Shown here in pieces: positions 36,633 to 45,717 of a stretch of 64,000 bases of DNA. A model generated the notes under the pieces. That model ran no database searches. It worked only from the letters and a program-made list of their open reading frames with translations, and had not been told where the DNA came from. Numbering within the stretch: the stretch's first letter is position 1; each line of letters opens with the position of its first letter. The position numbers were made by a program, and so were the translations under genes. Origin of the DNA: Pirellulales bacterium (GTDB taxonomy: Bacteria > Planctomycetota > Planctomycetia > Pirellulales > UBA1268); NCBI GenBank assembly GCA_028066355.1, contig JALCBP010000003.1, forward strand, positions 1,751 through 65,750, written 5' to 3'.

Positions 36633-36805
36633 TGAATGGCTCCTTGCCAGTAGCACCCCCTAGGAATGAACCGACTACTTCCTTGGGGTGCTGAGTGTTG
36701 GAAGCGATCGACGTTTTCATGCTGCCATGATGTGCAAGCACATACATTGCATGCATGAAGTACGTGTTTTCAGAAATTTTGTGTTCTACTGTCAAGAGAA
36801 ATCAC

Positions 36806-36849
36806 GGAAATTTTTTAAAAAATTTTGGTTTTTTTTAAAAAAAATTTGG
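36806..36849. repeat. Two adjacent A/T-tract palindromes (GGAAATTTTTTAAAAAATTTTGG / TTTTTTTTAAAAAAAATTTGG)
   Basis: These were read directly, and T8A8 is a perfect palindrome. The two units repeat with ~21-bp period. They lie ~175-215 nt upstream of the H1-like start and ~110 nt downstream of the ino1 stop. Confidence 0.85.
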
Positions 36850-36960
36850 ATCGTACTCTGTTTTTGTTAGAGCAAAATTTAATCAGAGGACATATCCAGA
36901 GACTGTGAGTGAGTATTGAATGCGAACAAAAAATACTTTTTTTACAGTAGAAAGTCTCTT

Positions 36961-38172
36961 TTAGGGCTGTGCTGAGTGTTTTTTTACCCAGTCGTGAAGC
37001 ATGGTCATTTGGGCAGCAAAACCCTGCTCATGACAATCGAGTGGGCTTTTAAAAAAACTTGCCAGCCAAGGCAGTGAACCGGCCTCACCAGCCACTCGGG
37101 CGCGATCAACCAATCGGACAAGATCAATGACCAATGGAGCTGCCAGAATAGAATCACAGCCCTGCCATGTGAACTGCATGGTCATTGGCGTACCAAGAAA
37201 TCCCTGAAAATGGATGTGATCCCATGCAGTTTTCCAGTCACCAAGACTCTCAATGAATTCAATAGATACAAGTGTTTGTGGTGTTGATGGTAAGAGATTC
37301 GCAAGCAGATGGTCTTTACTCTTTACCTTGGCTGCTTTGTTTGATGGGTCATCAAGAATTTTTCCATCAAGATTCCCAAATATGTTGTGTCCCACCCAAC
37401 TCATGACATCCAGGTGGCGATCACGAAACATTGGGGCAAGTACACTCTTAAGCAATGTCTCACCAGTTTTTCCATCGCAGCCTGCATGAGGGAGTCCCCT
37501 CTGTTGTGCGAGGGTATTGAGTGCGTGCGGTGTTGCACCAGTGGAAGGTGTAAAATTGATATAGGCAGCATCTGCTTCGAATGCAGCAATTGCATAGAGG
37601 CTGCTCGTGGGGAGTGGACTTGATTCTGATGCGTTCTCGAGCAAAGAAGAAATTTCATCAAGATTGTCTGGAATAGGCAATGACCAGGGCGGTTCAGTTG
37701 ATGCGAGGTTCACCACGACCACACGTTCAACATCATTCGTTTCTGCAAAGTCAAGAATATCTGTTCGAATTTGATCAATAATACTTCGTGGTGTCTGAGC
37801 TGCTTTGGATTCTGGCAGAGAAGCTATAGCCTGAATGGAGCTACCAGATGCCACTACAGTGCCAGGACGAAGACGAGTCTCAATATCTATCAGATCAGGA
37901 GTGACAGATTCCAAGACACCAGGTGGAATTGCTCGACTGACTGTCCACATGCGGCGAGCCTCATCAAGAAGACTCCCATCACGAATATCATGTCCACCAA
38001 TAACCATATCACTCCAATCAATAAGATTGAGTGAATGAAAAGCCGCGGTCTCAGTAATGAGACCGATTGGCTCAACCAATCTACGGGCAAGAGCTGCTAG
38101 GCCGGTCATGACGGTCGTGGCGACGCCACCTTTTGCACCGATTAGCCAAAGTCCAATTCGTTTTTGTGCCAT
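36961..38172 (-). CDS. ino1: myo-Inositol-3-phosphate synthase (archaeal/bacterial short type)
   Basis: 403 aa. It has an N-terminal Rossmann motif IGAKGGVATT. DGKTGETLLKSVLAPMFRDRHLDVMSWVGHNIFGNLDGKIL closely parallels the conserved MIPS core (KDGKTGETL.K..LAPMF..R...V..W...N..G..DGKVL). Confidence 0.85.
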   Translation of the reverse strand: MAQKRIGLWLIGAKGGVATTVMTGLAALARRLVEPIGLITETAAFHSLNLIDWSDMVIGGHDIRDGSLLDEARRMWTVSRAIPPGVLESVTPDLIDIETRLRPGTVVASGSSIQAIASLPESKAAQTPRSIIDQIRTDILDFAETNDVERVVVVNLASTEPPWSLPIPDNLDEISSLLENASESSPLPTSSLYAIAAFEADAAYINFTPSTGATPHALNTLAQQRGLPHAGCDGKTGETLLKSVLAPMFRDRHLDVMSWVGHNIFGNLDGKILDDPSNKAAKVKSKDHLLANLLPSTPQTLVSIEFIESLGDWKTAWDHIHFQGFLGTPMTMQFTWQGCDSILAAPLVIDLVRLVDRARVAGEAGSLPWLASFFKSPLDCHEQGFAAQMTMLHDWVKKHSAQP

Positions 38173-38325
38173 CCAAACTCCTCATGGTCACCGTGGTATC
38201 ATCTGTGACGGATGGTTGTTTTGTGTTTTTATGCCAGCACTAGTTTCGGATGGCATACTGATACCAGAAGTATGCCATGTGATAGAGGTTCTTACTGGTA
38301 AGAAATAGGAAAGGAAATAAAAGTC

Positions 38326-39528
38326 ATGGAAGAAGCTGCTTGCCTTCAATTAGCACATCGGATGGCTTCCCTCCAGCCATCAGCGACACTCGCTATGGCA
38401 GCGCGAGCTGGTGTGATGAAGGCATCTGGTATCGATGTTATTGATCTTTCAGTCGGTGAACCAGATTTTCCGACACCAGAACATATCTGTAAGGCCGGGA
38501 AAGCAGCTATCACTGCAGGAAAAACAAAGTATACGCCAGCGGCTGGAATACCAGCGCTGCGTGAAGCAATTGCCAAAGACTATACGCGTCGATCTGGTCT
38601 TTCAGTCACACCAGCACAGGTTATCGTTTCAAATGGGGCGAAACACAGTCTTCATAATGTCTTTACAGCTGTCTTAAATCCAGGTGACGAAGTCATCGTA
38701 CCAACTCCTTATTGGGTCAGTTATGCAGAATTGATCAAGCTAGTTGGAGCAAAACCGATTCTTGTTGAGACCTCAATCGATGAGGATTTCAAACTTCAGC
38801 CCGCAGCCTTGAAGGCAGCAATAACTCCTCGTACGCGAATGCTTCTGCTCTGTTCTCCGAGTAATCCAACGGGTGTTGTTTATTCACGTGAAGAACTCAC
38901 TTGCATTGCAGATATTGCGATCGAATCAGACATTTCCGTGGTTTCTGATGAAATCTATGATCAGCTTGTATTTGATGGCCGGGAATCTGTTTCATTTCCA
39001 ACATTACGACCTGGTCTTGAGTCACGGAGCATTGTTGTCGCTGGTGTAAGTAAGACGTATTCAATGACGGGTTGGCGTATCGGATGGACGATCGCTCCAC
39101 CCGCACTGTCAAAGGCAATGGGGAGTCTTCAGAGCCAAGAGACAAGCAACCCGTGTAGCATCAGCCAACATGCAGCTATCGAGGCGATCACTGGTCCGCA
39201 AGAATGTGTCGCAGTGATGCGCAATGCATTTCAAGCACGAAGAGACCTTGTTGTTGAAAGGCTCAGGAGTATCCCAGGTGTGAAGATTCCTGATATCGGT
39301 GGTGCTTTTTATGCTTTTTTTGATATCCAATCATTCCTAGGTGCCTCCAAAGGTCCTCAAGACAGTGTGGCCTGGTGTGAACAGTTGCTTGAAGAAGAAC
39401 ATGTGGCAACTGTGGCAGGCAGTGCTTTTGGTGCAGAAGGACATGTTCGCATGTCTTTTGCTGCATCTGAGGAGAAGTTGACGGAAGGCCTTGATCGAAT
39501 TGCTCGTTTTCTTGGTTCGGTGCAGTGA
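38326..39528 (+). CDS. Class I/II PLP-dependent aminotransferase (aspartate aminotransferase type)
   Basis: 400 aa. Motifs are GEPDFPTP, NPTG and the PLP-lysine block SKTYSMTGWRIGW. Confidence 0.88.
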   Translation: MEEAACLQLAHRMASLQPSATLAMAARAGVMKASGIDVIDLSVGEPDFPTPEHICKAGKAAITAGKTKYTPAAGIPALREAIAKDYTRRSGLSVTPAQVIVSNGAKHSLHNVFTAVLNPGDEVIVPTPYWVSYAELIKLVGAKPILVETSIDEDFKLQPAALKAAITPRTRMLLLCSPSNPTGVVYSREELTCIADIAIESDISVVSDEIYDQLVFDGRESVSFPTLRPGLESRSIVVAGVSKTYSMTGWRIGWTIAPPALSKAMGSLQSQETSNPCSISQHAAIEAITGPQECVAVMRNAFQARRDLVVERLRSIPGVKIPDIGGAFYAFFDIQSFLGASKGPQDSVAWCEQLLEEEHVATVAGSAFGAEGHVRMSFAASEEKLTEGLDRIARFLGSVQ

Positions 39529-40217
39529 ACAAGACACCTGCAGAAGTCCGGAAAAAAGACACAGCAGCAATTATCCTTGCGGGTGGAAAAGCGAAGCGCT
39601 TAGCGGACAAACGACCACTCGGCGGGAAAGCAGAATGTATTATCGGTGGTAAATCTCTTCTCAGTATTGTGAGTGGAGCTCTTGTTCCAGTCACACGTTC
39701 GATTCTTGTTGTGGGTGGTGATTCACTGGACTTGTCTTCTCAAGAATTTGTACCTGTTTGGCACATTCCTGACCATCAGCCGAATTCTGGTCCATTAGCA
39801 GCCGTTCTGGATGGGCTTCGATGGATCTGGCGAGAACACCCTCAACCCCTGCCACAATTTGTCATCCTCTCCGCGTGTGATCTGCCTGCAATTCGCTCAT
39901 CCTTTGTGTTGGAAATGATTGCTCGTTTTCCACAGGAAGAAATGTGTACGCAGTGGGTCATTCCAGAGGTAGGAAAACGTCTTCAGTATCTTTTTTCTGT
40001 TTGTCGGCCAACGATTCTGCATCACTTAGAGGGCTTTTTTAGCTCTGGTGGTCGCGATTTTCGTGGCTTTGTTCAATATCTCCAGAAGTATGAATCAAAG
40101 AGTATTCATGTCATATCTGATGCCATCTGGGCGACAATAGATCCAAATGCACATGCAGGCAGTGATATTGATACTCCCACTGATCTCGCCGTGTACACAG
40201 GCGATACTTCGCATTGA
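39525..40217 (+). CDS. MobA-like nucleotidyltransferase (NTP_transf_3; molybdenum cofactor guanylyltransferase-like)
   Basis: The GTG start overlaps the aminotransferase stop (GTGA). AAIILAGGKAKRL..K fits the LAGG..xRMG motif region, and ACDLP is also MobA-like. Substrate specificity cannot be told from the sequence. Confidence 0.55.
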   Translation: MNKTPAEVRKKDTAAIILAGGKAKRLADKRPLGGKAECIIGGKSLLSIVSGALVPVTRSILVVGGDSLDLSSQEFVPVWHIPDHQPNSGPLAAVLDGLRWIWREHPQPLPQFVILSACDLPAIRSSFVLEMIARFPQEEMCTQWVIPEVGKRLQYLFSVCRPTILHHLEGFFSSGGRDFRGFVQYLQKYESKSIHVISDAIWATIDPNAHAGSDIDTPTDLAVYTGDTSH

Positions 40218-40317
40218 TTCATGAGACTCTCTATACTCATGTAGAGAGTATCGGTAATTTCAGTCTCGTGTTTATGAGATACGCTCTTTTTTCTCAACCA
40301 CAGATCAGCCGACAATC

Positions 40318-43300
40318 ATGGATGATGTCCAGAATGATCAAAAAGATTCTCTACGATCCGTCCTGTTGCGACGGTGGCGGTGGTTTACACGTTTAATCAA
40401 GCTGGTTGTTATCTGTTTTGTCATATACCACTCGCCAAGATTAACACGACTTAAGGCTGTTCGAGATTGGCCGCTAGAAAACGTATTTGACGGCCTTGCA
40501 GGCCAAATCTCATCGGGTTCAGCAACGTGGGATTGGTTTGGTCCCATTGTTTATCAAGACCTTCTTATCAAGACATCAGATGGAATGCCATTGCTCGCTG
40601 TTGATCGCTTAGAGGTGAACAGAAACCCTCTTCGTTTGGTCTTGCAACCACACGACCTTGGCTGCATACGGCTTGAAGGAGCGAGGCTCTCAACAGCTGT
40701 GTGGGACGGTGGAAGCACCATTGAAACAGTGCTCGATCCGTGGATCGAAAAAGTAAGTCAAAGTAATCAGCAAGAAAGTGCTCAAAGCCCTACTGATAAC
40801 GCAGATACTGAAATAGTATTTGGTGATACATCCAATCACATTACAGGAACCGTTGAAATCGTTGATGCAACAATCGAGTTGACAGATTTACGGCATGGAG
40901 ATGTATGGTTGCTCGATGATATTGCCGCAGTTATTCCATTCCCCCAGTCTGCAGCGGGTGGTGAGCCTTCTTTTTTCCCATCGGGCACAATCTGTAGTGG
41001 ATCTATTCGGTACGCCGAAGAGCCTCAGTTGGAAATACGTAAAGCTTCTTCACAGGTTGAAAATAGGCTAACGACAGCCAGTATTATCAATCGAGCAAAT
41101 TCAATTCTTGCTCAGCCTGGTGGTTGGTCAGTGACAGTATCCGAGTCGGAGGCAGATAAAAGAAAGTCTTCATTGGTGGTAGGGACGACCCGCTGCCCGG
41201 CCGGTATTTCACGGGTAGTAGCAAATCGATTTGGCTGGTCGCATCTCATCCAAGGCATCGTTGATATTCGCGCTGATGTACTTCTTGACCAATCGTTTCA
41301 AATGAATTGGTCGACCCCACCATCTCATAAAGAGGCACAGGTTGTTATCAAGGGCAACGTTATCGGTCGGGATTTGTCAATTGTTGAAAATAAGACAGAT
41401 CAGAAGGAACTGGTAATTGAAAAAGTTGATATGCCTTTCGAGGCTGCTTTATTTCCGGATAAATATGTTATTAAGAGGTTCCAAGCAGAGACAGATGTCG
41501 GTTACTTGGAAGCTTCAGGAACTATTACGGCGACACCTGGCCATAGATATAAAAGTGACATCGTATTTCCTGGTTGGCAGGTACTGGAAGTATTTCAAGG
41601 TGATGACTTTGAGGCCCATGCATCTATTGACATTGCTTCGCTACTAAGTGCTTTCCCACGTATTCGTATGCTACGTCCAGACGTGCAAATGACAGGAGGA
41701 GCAGTCACTGTTGATATTAAGAGCGAGGCACAAACTGCCGGTCGTCAAATTCAGTTTAGATCTGAACTCAAGAACGTATCAGCGATCCAAGGTGAAAAGA
41801 AAATAGAATGGCACGCTCCATGGTCCGCTTGGATTTCCGCCCGGCAACAACTCGATGGGCAACTTTATGTAGAGGAATCCGGGTTCGCATCAAACTTTGC
41901 TGATATTTCGATGAACGGGATGTCTGATACAGTCGAAACAACGTGGCGGATTGACCTAGGCAGTATGTTTCAAAGTGTGAGTGAGCTACTCGATTTCCAA
42001 AAAGGGATGAAAAAGCAACATCTCTCAGGAATATCACGAGGACAATGTCGTGTTGATCGCTCATCGGAGATGGGTCCAGCAAAAATATCAACATCATTAA
42101 GTATCGAAGAATTGAAATGGTTGATCGGTGAGCAAGCAGTCTGGGAAGAGCAGCTCATTTCCATTGATCTCGATACAGGCTGGATTGAAACACCAGCCGA
42201 CATCGTACTGAAGAATGTGGATTTCAAGTTGGGGTCAGGGGGTGATTCCTTTGTTGTATCGCTTTCAGAAGAGTATCGTTTTTCTTGTGATCTCAGTAAG
42301 ACACCGTGGGTAAATATGATCGCACAAGCGAAGAAAGAGCCAGTCGCTTTCGACTGTCAGATGTCAGGAAATTTGATGACATGGCGACAGCGAATTCTTG
42401 GTTTTGGTGTTACTGGGGGTTTTGAAGTACCTTCTTCTCAAACAGAAATAGCGGGTCGTTTTGAAAGCAGCTGGAACCTCCGGTATATCGGAGAGCAATT
42501 TCAGATAACAAAGGCTTCAACGCAGATAGAGAACCTCGTTTTTCAAGCGGGTAGGCAACGCATAGAAGAATCGAAGGTGATTCTTGCAGCAGTTGGATCG
42601 GTAGATCCTGGTCGAGGAATCATAAGGCTCTCAAGTGCTGAAATGTTGTCGTCAACGGTATCACTACGAACAGGTGGATTGCAGATAGTCCCGAGAAGTT
42701 CAAAAGATCAACCATTGATCAATACTCTTTTCGATAGCGTGCAGGGTCGGATACAGTGGCAAGTCGATCTTACAAGACTGAATAAATGGCTGGCACAAGA
42801 TCTGACACTAGACGCAGCAGGTCGTCTTTGGGGAACAGCGGATCTCCTTGAAACACCTACGGGTCTCAATCTTTTGATGACAATAACAGGTAGCCAATTA
42901 GCTGTTTCTCATTCAAACGTCCCAAACGGACAAGCTGAAGGTCTACAAGCACATCTGGTTTGGAAAGAACCGCAGGTGAACGGACTGCTTGACATAACAC
43001 GACCGGTTGCGAATGAAGTATTAACGAACCAAATAGAAATAAATCAATTTAAAATTGAATCCTCAACCGTGAGTGTTGTAGCGACTGGGTCAATCGACGA
43101 CATAACAGGGCGACAGCACGTAGAACTTGGTGGCACAATATTAATGAATTGGGAGCAGTTAAGCCGACTTCTTTCACCGTCTTCAGCTCAGATGTTGAAA
43201 GTGACAGGCGGCGGCCCACAACCGTTTTCCATAAGAGGTTCTGTTGAATCTTCTATGACAATTGATGATTCAGTGATGGTACCACTTCCAGAAAAGTGGA

Positions 43301-44313
43301 AGGCACCTTCGCCACAGCGTTCTTTATCAAAACAACAACTCATCGCTTTACCGTCGAAACAATCCCACAGTGCTGACCAAGGTATCGAGAACTGGTTTCC
43401 GCGTATAACAGCCGAAACAACACTTTCTTGGCAAGGTGGACAAATTGCCGGTTTTCCCCTTGGGCCTGGCACGATGCCACTGCGACTGCTCGAGGGACAA
43501 CTGGCTTTTGGACCATTTGAAATACCAGTGTCAGGAGGAAAAATTCGTGGAACACCATGGATTCAGCTTTTTCCTCCACCTGGTCAACTTATTGTACCAC
43601 CAGGAAGATTCATTGAACGTATTGCGTTAACGCCGCCTCTTTGTGATCGGTGGTTATCCTGGCTGTCTCCAATTCTGAGGCGAGCAACTGAAGCAAACGG
43701 CTTTCTGACCGTTGATACATCCGGAGGTCAGTTGCCCTTGAACGATCCACTCAATGGTCGATTTGATGGACAGTTAATGCTGGAGCAGTTTTCTGTTACA
43801 CCCGGCGATATGGCAGGACCGCTCATTAAGCTTTTAGCAAAACTTCAAAGTGTTGTTGATCCACGTTTTGCATTTGGTGATCAGGTCGTTTTCTTGCGGG
43901 CACGACCAGATCCAGTACGGGTGCAGATAGCAGATGGTCGGGTTTACCATGACAATCTTATCCTCGACATGGGTCAATTGACTGTACGCAGTCAGGGCAG
44001 TATGGGGCATGACGGTTCATTGTCGATGCAGCTCGAAGTTGCTTTTCGAGGAGATTTAGCAGGAGCTACTCCAGTAGTTGCACAACTTCTACGCACTCCT
44101 TTTGTGATCCCACTTCGGGGAACGGTTCGTAATCCTCAATTCGATGCTACTGCGATCGATACGATCTTAAAGCGAATCATGCAAAACACAGCAGATGCAG
44201 TATTACGCGATGGCATTGGGAGAGGTCTCGAAGCGATCTTTGGTAATCCTCAACAGCCAGAACAAAAAGTACCACCAGTTACGCAGCCACTAACTTTTCC
44301 AGATGGTTTGTGA
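40318..44313 (+). CDS. Giant (1331 aa) N-terminally anchored envelope protein, AsmA/TamB-like candidate
   Basis: It has a single N-terminal TM segment (FTRLIKLVVICFVIYHS). The remainder is long with no recognizable enzymatic motifs. The C-terminal region (..FVIPLRGTVRNPQFD..) is reminiscent of AsmA-like C-termini. The assignment is by architecture only. Confidence 0.35.
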   Translation: MDDVQNDQKDSLRSVLLRRWRWFTRLIKLVVICFVIYHSPRLTRLKAVRDWPLENVFDGLAGQISSGSATWDWFGPIVYQDLLIKTSDGMPLLAVDRLEVNRNPLRLVLQPHDLGCIRLEGARLSTAVWDGGSTIETVLDPWIEKVSQSNQQESAQSPTDNADTEIVFGDTSNHITGTVEIVDATIELTDLRHGDVWLLDDIAAVIPFPQSAAGGEPSFFPSGTICSGSIRYAEEPQLEIRKASSQVENRLTTASIINRANSILAQPGGWSVTVSESEADKRKSSLVVGTTRCPAGISRVVANRFGWSHLIQGIVDIRADVLLDQSFQMNWSTPPSHKEAQVVIKGNVIGRDLSIVENKTDQKELVIEKVDMPFEAALFPDKYVIKRFQAETDVGYLEASGTITATPGHRYKSDIVFPGWQVLEVFQGDDFEAHASIDIASLLSAFPRIRMLRPDVQMTGGAVTVDIKSEAQTAGRQIQFRSELKNVSAIQGEKKIEWHAPWSAWISARQQLDGQLYVEESGFASNFADISMNGMSDTVETTWRIDLGSMFQSVSELLDFQKGMKKQHLSGISRGQCRVDRSSEMGPAKISTSLSIEELKWLIGEQAVWEEQLISIDLDTGWIETPADIVLKNVDFKLGSGGDSFVVSLSEEYRFSCDLSKTPWVNMIAQAKKEPVAFDCQMSGNLMTWRQRILGFGVTGGFEVPSSQTEIAGRFESSWNLRYIGEQFQITKASTQIENLVFQAGRQRIEESKVILAAVGSVDPGRGIIRLSSAEMLSSTVSLRTGGLQIVPRSSKDQPLINTLFDSVQGRIQWQVDLTRLNKWLAQDLTLDAAGRLWGTADLLETPTGLNLLMTITGSQLAVSHSNVPNGQAEGLQAHLVWKEPQVNGLLDITRPVANEVLTNQIEINQFKIESSTVSVVATGSIDDITGRQHVELGGTILMNWEQLSRLLSPSSAQMLKVTGGGPQPFSIRGSVESSMTIDDSVMVPLPEKWKAPSPQRSLSKQQLIALPSKQSHSADQGIENWFPRITAETTLSWQGGQIAGFPLGPGTMPLRLLEGQLAFGPFEIPVSGGKIRGTPWIQLFPPPGQLIVPPGRFIERIALTPPLCDRWLSWLSPILRRATEANGFLTVDTSGGQLPLNDPLNGRFDGQLMLEQFSVTPGDMAGPLIKLLAKLQSVVDPRFAFGDQVVFLRARPDPVRVQIADGRVYHDNLILDMGQLTVRSQGSMGHDGSLSMQLEVAFRGDLAGATPVVAQLLRTPFVIPLRGTVRNPQFDATAIDTILKRIMQNTADAVLRDGIGRGLEAIFGNPQQPEQKVPPVTQPLTFPDGL

Positions 44314-44367
44314 TCCAAAGAATGTATTACGTCGAGTTTGCAGGGTAGAGACAGGTTGAGGAGATTA

Positions 44368-45717
44368 TTAGATAGCTGCGTGGCGCAAGCGTCTGTTTAG
44401 TCCACAAATAAGTTTTTTGAGGTGTTGAGAATAACTAAAATGTTCGACCTCAAGTGCATGTCGCGGTGACTTGATATAGTGAATCGAATTATTTTTCTGT
44501 ATTCTTTGCCGTTGTTTTTTAAGCCATGCTTGAGCTCGTGGCGCGCTACGATTTGCAAGAATCATTCGAGCGATCACCTGTGATTGGAGATCTGTGATAC
44601 CCCATTGTCCGCTGTCGGGTTGAATCATTCCAACGACAGCAAGATCATTGGCTTCTGGGTGAAGGAAGTGCATAAATAACTTTGGTATACCGTCTTCTGT
44701 GTTAAGTTCAGGTGTATTCATTTTGGGGAATGTAAGGCGATACCCTGTCGCTGCTATAACAACATCGATTGACTCACGATGACCGTTTTTGAAAAAAGCT
44801 GTCGCATTTTCAAATCTTTCAATATCAGGCATTGGTCGAATTGCACCCTCATCAATGCGACGATAAAGATTTTCATTTATGACAGGATGTGTTTCCCAAA
44901 GGCTATGATCGGGTCGAGGAAGACCATGTTTTTCAGGTAAACCAATCGTGCGCGCAATAACTCGTCGACTGATTAGTCTTCGAATGCTGAGAGGTATGCG
45001 CATTTTTAGAAGTCGCTCACCTCGGAGGTCTGATGGTCTGCCCATAAAGAGGCGCGGTAAAATGTGATAGTTTCGACGAGTTGAATGAAATGTGACAGCA
45101 GCATGAAAAGAAGCTTCCACAGCAATATCGCAACCAGAGTTTCCACCCCCGATAACAAGAACTCTCTTGTTTTTTAGCACACAGGGCACTTCTGGTGACT
45201 TGTATGCTGCAGAATGGATTACTGGACCAGTAAATGTTGAAGCGATATCTGGCAATCGTGGCTCATGGTTGTGTCCCGAAGCAAAGACAACACCCGCATA
45301 GTATCGCGTGCTTCCATCTTCAAAATCAACTTGCCAACCTTGTCGCACCTGATTGCACTCGATCGGTGTGATATGCGTAACAGAATTCTTAAAAAGAATG
45401 TGCTTGCGTAAACCAAAGTGATCAGCATACCGATGAAGGTATTCCAGACATTGTCTATGACCAGGATATTCTGGCCAATCCTGAGGCATTGGGAAATCAG
45501 TGAATTGAGTAAGTGACTTTGAGCTAATCAGCTTTGTGGATTCAAAAACACGAGATGTTGATGATCCAAAATACCAATTTCCACCGAGATCATCTTCACG
45601 CTCAATACAGTCAACTTGAATACCGCACTGCAAAAAATTCTTCAGTGCTGTTAGCCCAGAAGGGCCAGCACCAATAATACACCACTTCGACAAGTCGTTT
45701 GATTCACATGCAGACAT
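44368..45717 (-). CDS. Flavin-containing monooxygenase (class B flavoprotein monooxygenase)
   Basis: It has the FAD motif IIGAGPSGL, DDLGGNW, the FMO-identifying motif FTGPVIHSAAY (FxGxxxHxxx[YF]) and the NADPH motif VIGGGNSGCDIA. Confidence 0.8.
   Translation of the reverse strand: MSACESNDLSKWCIIGAGPSGLTALKNFLQCGIQVDCIEREDDLGGNWYFGSSTSRVFESTKLISSKSLTQFTDFPMPQDWPEYPGHRQCLEYLHRYADHFGLRKHILFKNSVTHITPIECNQVRQGWQVDFEDGSTRYYAGVVFASGHNHEPRLPDIASTFTGPVIHSAAYKSPEVPCVLKNKRVLVIGGGNSGCDIAVEASFHAAVTFHSTRRNYHILPRLFMGRPSDLRGERLLKMRIPLSIRRLISRRVIARTIGLPEKHGLPRPDHSLWETHPVINENLYRRIDEGAIRPMPDIERFENATAFFKNGHRESIDVVIAATGYRLTFPKMNTPELNTEDGIPKLFMHFLHPEANDLAVVGMIQPDSGQWGITDLQSQVIARMILANRSAPRAQAWLKKQRQRIQKNNSIHYIKSPRHALEVEHFSYSQHLKKLICGLNRRLRHAAI

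Noticed and set aside
36384-36663. Plus-strand Leu/Phe-rich ORFs (83 and 71 aa) that look like membrane peptides
   Set aside because: They are the antisense reading of the AAG/AAA-rich H1-like gene. The minus-strand ORF has a proper ATG, an AAGGAG SD and a terminator, and the plus-strand ones have none.
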